64,000 nt of DNA from an uncultured bacterium. Lineage in GTDB: Bacteria; Chlamydiota; Chlamydiia; Chlamydiales; SM23-39. Shown here piece by piece: positions 60,287 to 64,000 of the stretch; the first letter of the stretch is position 1; each line of letters opens with the position of its first letter. Made by a program: the position numbers and the translations under genes. The notes under the pieces were generated by a model, which saw only the letters and a program-made list of their open reading frames with translations, searched no databases and was not told the DNA's origin. The stretch spans positions 32,001-96,000 of the forward strand of contig OY970323.1 of NCBI GenBank assembly GCA_963716985.1, in the 5' to 3' direction.

Positions 60287-60981
60287 AAAGATTTCCCTTT
60301 AGAAACAATCACCAAACGCTCTTCCTTTTTTACGATGGAGTCAGGAGGAATAAATCCTTTTAAAGAAAGCAGGGGATGGCAAAAGCTATTCTTTCCGACA
60401 AAAGTTCCGGGACTTAAAACGCAATTGCATCCGATTTGTACGCCGTCGCCGATCATCGCTCCCAGCTTATTGGTTCCGGTTGCGATCTTTTTTCCTCTCA
60501 AAGAACAGACGATCTCTTGTCCGTCAAGACGGTAGTTGGCGCATGTAACGCCCGCGCCCAAATTCACCTTGCGGCCTAAAATCGAATTTCCAACATAAGC
60601 AAAGTGGGCAGCATGCGCATAGGGAAGTAGAAGGGAGTGCTTCACTTCGGTGCCGTGGCCAATCACGCAGTGATCGGCAATCAAAACGTTTTCCCGAAGA
60701 TAGGCAGAGTGGCGAATCGTGCAATGAGATCCAATGACGCAAGGTCCTTGAATATAGACGCCCTCTTCGATTTTGGTTCCCTTGCCGATCGAAATCAAGG
60801 ACGGGTTTTCCAAATGAACGGAAGAAGGAATGTTTGTCTCAATCTTTCCAAGGGAGAGTTTCGAAAAATAAGTATCAAGCAATAAAAGGGGAGAAAAGAC
60901 GGCAAGGCCCTCTTCCCAAAGAGAAGAAAATCCGCAATCTTCGAGAGAAAAGTACTGAGAAATATCCAGCTCTTGATCCAT
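60283..60981 (-). CDS. glmU: GlmU-like left-handed beta-helix acetyltransferase (chlamydial single-domain form)
   Basis: Hexapeptide repeats, HFAYVGNSILG..VNLGAGV.CAN, KLGAMIGD. Confidence 0.75.
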   Translation of the reverse strand: MDQELDISQYFSLEDCGFSSLWEEGLAVFSPLLLLDTYFSKLSLGKIETNIPSSVHLENPSLISIGKGTKIEEGVYIQGPCVIGSHCTIRHSAYLRENVLIADHCVIGHGTEVKHSLLLPYAHAAHFAYVGNSILGRKVNLGAGVTCANYRLDGQEIVCSLRGKKIATGTNKLGAMIGDGVQIGCNCVLSPGTFVGKNSFCHPLLSLKGFIPPDSIVKKEERLVIVSKGKSF

Positions 60982-61069
60982 AATTTAGCTCGAATTTTAA
61001 GGCCTTAAGTGTACAAGAGAATTCCTTTCTTAAGGAAGAAAAAGGTGAACATTTCCGCAGTGCTTCTAT

Positions 61070-61230
61070 AAAAACAATTTATAATGAATATCTTCTTCTT
61101 CTATCGGTGTGGAGATGTTGATAACACCGCCTTTTTAGAAGGGAAATTTTCTTGTTGATAAGTTGTGGACAAATTGTTGAGATCTGCCGGATATGAACAA
61201 AAAAAATTTTATCAACAAATCTATGAACAA
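61070..61230. other. Probable replication origin (oriC) / DnaA-box cluster
   Basis: TTATCAACA-type boxes at 61116, 61153 and 61209, TGTGGACAA at 61164, degenerate boxes at 61108 and 61175, with an adjacent (CTT)n run and AT-rich stretch, between divergent genes. Confidence 0.65.
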
Positions 61231-61246
61231 GATGTTTACGAAAAAA

Positions 61247-62371
61247 ATGGCCATCTGTCCCCATCGATCAAACTGCAGCGGATGTGCAAAAGATGCGCAT
61301 CTATTGCCCCCGCCGATTTGGCAAGAGATGAAAGCCTATTTTTTAAATCACGGCTGCACGCCCGAGTTCTTTTCTCAAGAGCTCACAGCCTGGCGCTTGC
61401 GTGCAAAGCTTGCCGTGCGAGAGCAAGCAGGTGCGCTAAAAATCGGACTTTTTCGAAGAAACAGCCATGAGGTTGTGGAGATGCCAGATTGCCCTGCGCA
61501 CCATCCCCGGATCAACGAATCTGTTTTCGAATTAAAAAAAGAAATGCACCAGGCGCACATTCTTGGATATGAGGAAACAACGAATCGAGGAGATGTCCGC
61601 TATATTCAATTGACCGTTGAGAGATCCTCGCAAAAAGTGCAGCTGGTTTTGGTGTTCAACTCTCCTTGTCTTACTTCTAAAATGGAGGCATTTGCAAAAA
61701 CTCTCTTTGAAAAAAGCTCTCTTTGGCACTCCATTTGGATCAATCTGCAACCGGCAGCTACGAATACCATCTTTGGACCCACGTGGCATCATCTACAAGG
61801 TGAAGAGTTTCTCCGAGAAACAATTTTAGGGGAAGCGATTGCCTTTCATCCGGCGGCTTTTTTTCAAGCCCACATGGCGCTTTTTGAGACAATGATCGAA
61901 TCGATACGAAAGAATATTCTAACGACGCCCTCAATTGCGGAATTCTACGCGGGAGTGGGTCTGATTGGAAAATGCTGTAAGAATAGGGCCGCACACATTG
62001 ATCTCGTAGAAGAAAATCCTTTTGCCGAAAGCTCTTTTTTTGCCTCTTTGAAAAAAGAGGAAGAAAAAACATTTTCCTATTTTTGCTGCGATGTGGATCA
62101 AAAAATCGATCTTTGCAAGGACGCAAAAACCATCATTGTTGATCCTCCTCGCCAAGGGATATCTTCGGCCCTCTTGCAAGCAATCTGTCAAAAAGAGAGC
62201 GGACAGCTTGTTTATTTGAGCTGTTATTTTCCCTCTTTTCGAAGGGATGTAGAACAACTTGTGCAACAAGGATGGACGATCGAAAAAGCAGAAGGGTATC
62301 TGCTCTTTCCCGGGTCCGATCATGTGGAAATTCTTGCTTTTTTGAAAAAAAATCTTTCTGAAAGTTTTTGA
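61247..62371 (+). CDS. RNA (uracil-5)-methyltransferase, TrmA/RlmD family
   Basis: Fe-S motif CPH..NCSGC, AFFQAH, YAGVGLIG, VDPPRQG, YLSC, FPGSDHVE. Confidence 0.9.
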   Translation: MAICPHRSNCSGCAKDAHLLPPPIWQEMKAYFLNHGCTPEFFSQELTAWRLRAKLAVREQAGALKIGLFRRNSHEVVEMPDCPAHHPRINESVFELKKEMHQAHILGYEETTNRGDVRYIQLTVERSSQKVQLVLVFNSPCLTSKMEAFAKTLFEKSSLWHSIWINLQPAATNTIFGPTWHHLQGEEFLRETILGEAIAFHPAAFFQAHMALFETMIESIRKNILTTPSIAEFYAGVGLIGKCCKNRAAHIDLVEENPFAESSFFASLKKEEEKTFSYFCCDVDQKIDLCKDAKTIIVDPPRQGISSALLQAICQKESGQLVYLSCYFPSFRRDVEQLVQQGWTIEKAEGYLLFPGSDHVEILAFLKKNLSESF

Positions 62372-62379
62372 ATCGCACT

Positions 62380-62960
62380 TTCTTTGTTATATAATCTAAT
62401 ATAATCTTATATGGTTGAAAATGTAGGTATTGGTATAGGGAAATTGTATGGCGTGGCATGAGGCGCACACGAACCGGACGGGAAAAGTCCGTCCGGGATC
62501 GTTTAACCGTCCATCGATTTTGGTAATCAGCAAAGACCTCATCTGTTCCTGCGGAGTTAAGGGCCAGAAGGGATGTTTGCCTGCTGAGAAAATCGAGCAG
62601 CGAAAAATCTGCGCAGGAGCAACGCATCGATGTCTGCCTCTGAATAGAGGCCAATCATTAGGTATATTTTAACCAAAGAAAAAGGTGTTTTTAGGATGCT
62701 TCCGGTGATTTCAATATACCTCAAGCGGCTTGGGATGGCCAACTTATCAGTCTAGTGCTCTGTCATAGTTAAAATTTAGGATTATAAGTTTGGCAACGGT
62801 CGGCATAAACTCAAGTCAATTTATCCTAAAATTAAAGAATGGCAGAGCACTAGACTTTTTGAAGCGTTTACGTGAGGCAGCATTTGGCATAAAAAACCAT
62901 TGCTTCTTTGTTATATAATCTAATATAATCTCATATAGTTGAAATTGCAGGTATTGGTAT
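62380..62960 (+). repeat. 57-bp imperfect direct repeat (62380-62436 and 62904-62960) of the fic upstream region
   Basis: TTCTTTGTTATATAATCTAATATAATCT...AGGTATTGGTAT occurs twice with a few mismatches. Confidence 0.85.
62752..62853. mobile_element. 102-bp hairpin MITE, copy 2
   Basis: Matches 32680-32781 except three substitutions near the right end. Confidence 0.9.
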
Positions 62961-64000
62961 GGCAAAAACCCATCGTTTTGAGCAAAGGATTGCTTCTATT
63001 TCTCCTGAAATTTGGTCTAAAATTGCACAGATTGATGAATTAAAAGGCCAATGGATTGCGGGAGTTAACTTAAGTCCTCAAGTTTTAGGACGGCTCAAAC
63101 GTTCTGTATTAATTACTTCCTCTGGCGCTTCCACTCGCATTGAAGGAGCCAGGCTTTCTGATGAGGACGTAGAGAAACTTATGCGTGGGATCGATATGCA
63201 AAAGTTTACAGATCGCGACAAAGAGGAGGTAAGGGGATATTTTGAATTATTGGAAAATATTTTTAACTCATGGAAGTCCGTTAAATTTTCCGAAAATGCG
63301 ATTAAACATTTGCACAAAGAGCTTTTGAAATATGTGAAAAAAGATGCAATCCATCGAGGAGATTATAAGAAAGGAGAAAACAAAGTGCATAGGATTGATG
63401 CAGCGGGCAAGTCTGTTGGTGTGCTTTTTAACACAACGCCGGCGTATCTCACTCCAAAAGAGATGCAGGAATTGGTGGAATGGACGCAAGAATCTCTGTT
63501 AAAGAAGAAATACCATCCACTGGCTATCATAGGCAATTTTATCGTTGAGTTTTTGCAAATTCACCCATTTCAGGATGGGAATGGCCGCCTGAGCCGCATT
63601 TTGACCAATCTGCTTTTGCTTCAATCGGGCTATTTGTATATACCCTATATTTCGCATGAAAAGTTGATTGAAGATAACAAGCCGGACTATTACATGGCTT
63701 TGCGAAAGAGCCAAAAAACCTTTAAATCTAAACATGAAAATATTGTGCCCTGGCTGGATTTTTTCTTGACGATCTTCTTTGGCCAATCAAAAATGGCTCT
63801 CGAATTACTATCTCGAGAAAATGTAGAGAAAATTCTATCGGTTAAACAATTGATTGTCTGGCAGTATATGCAAACGGTTGATGAAGCGACACCTGGTGAA
63901 ATTGCAGAAGGTACAAAAGTGGCAAGACCTACAATCAATCAAGCGCTTGATAAATTAATCCGTCTCAAAAAAGTCGAACGCATGGGTCTTGGTCGCAGCA
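62959..64000 (+). CDS. Fic family protein (class II, N-terminal inhibitory motif) with C-terminal HTH; 3' end outside window
   Basis: Read directly from ATG 62959: MAKTHRFEQR..., STRIEG inhibitory motif, HPFQDGNGRLSR catalytic motif, TPGEIAEGTKVARPTINQAL HTH. Confidence 0.92.
   Translation, partial: MAKTHRFEQRIASISPEIWSKIAQIDELKGQWIAGVNLSPQVLGRLKRSVLITSSGASTRIEGARLSDEDVEKLMRGIDMQKFTDRDKEEVRGYFELLENIFNSWKSVKFSENAIKHLHKELLKYVKKDAIHRGDYKKGENKVHRIDAAGKSVGVLFNTTPAYLTPKEMQELVEWTQESLLKKKYHPLAIIGNFIVEFLQIHPFQDGNGRLSRILTNLLLLQSGYLYIPYISHEKLIEDNKPDYYMALRKSQKTFKSKHENIVPWLDFFLTIFFGQSKMALELLSRENVEKILSVKQLIVWQYMQTVDEATPGEIAEGTKVARPTINQALDKLIRLKKVERMGLGRS

Noticed and set aside
62445..62640. Possible group II intron 5' fragment (GGCATG..GCGC and hairpin CCGGACGG-GAAAAGT-CCGTCCGG)
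   Set aside because: There is no GTGYG 5' end, no domain V and no RT ORF. The region could equally be a decayed gene; a covariance search would be needed.
1..64000. CRISPR array, cas genes, rRNA or intact tRNA genes
   Set aside because: No regularly spaced repeat-spacer array and no complete rRNA or tRNA gene was seen.

Overview
This 64-kb window is chromosomal DNA from an environmental member of the Chlamydiae. The assignment rests on the long chlamydial-type GreA, the two-domain ThyX, the dusB-yggT-hyp-hyp-MORN-ygfA block, the ispA-glmU-like pair and tandem MOMP-like porins. A probable replication origin (DnaA-box cluster) lies at about 61.07-61.23 kb. The first ~21 kb is a large surface-glycan locus: manC, GT4 x2, GT2 x4, an ABC flippase, a CDP-branched-sugar pathway, sugar methyltransferases and a GT9, with an autotransporter embedded in it. 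Mobile DNA is abundant. (i) An ORF-less IscB-type omega-RNA (HEARO-like) element sits exactly between the promoter/RBS and the ATGA start of a methyltransferase gene, and a decayed copy of its right end lies before a second glycan gene. (ii) An IS605 element (pseudo-tnpA plus intact tnpB) has displaced the thyX stop codon. (iii) An ~11-kb island after greA begins with an orphan tRNA-Leu 3' half and contains IS1634, IS701, IS66, IS630 and IS200 remnants around an AT-rich cassette of three methyltransferases (one MppJ/MrsA-like), an EamA transporter and hpt. (iv) A 102-bp hairpin MITE occurs in two copies. A Fic gene runs off the right edge. All calls come from reading motifs by eye; no database searches were run.
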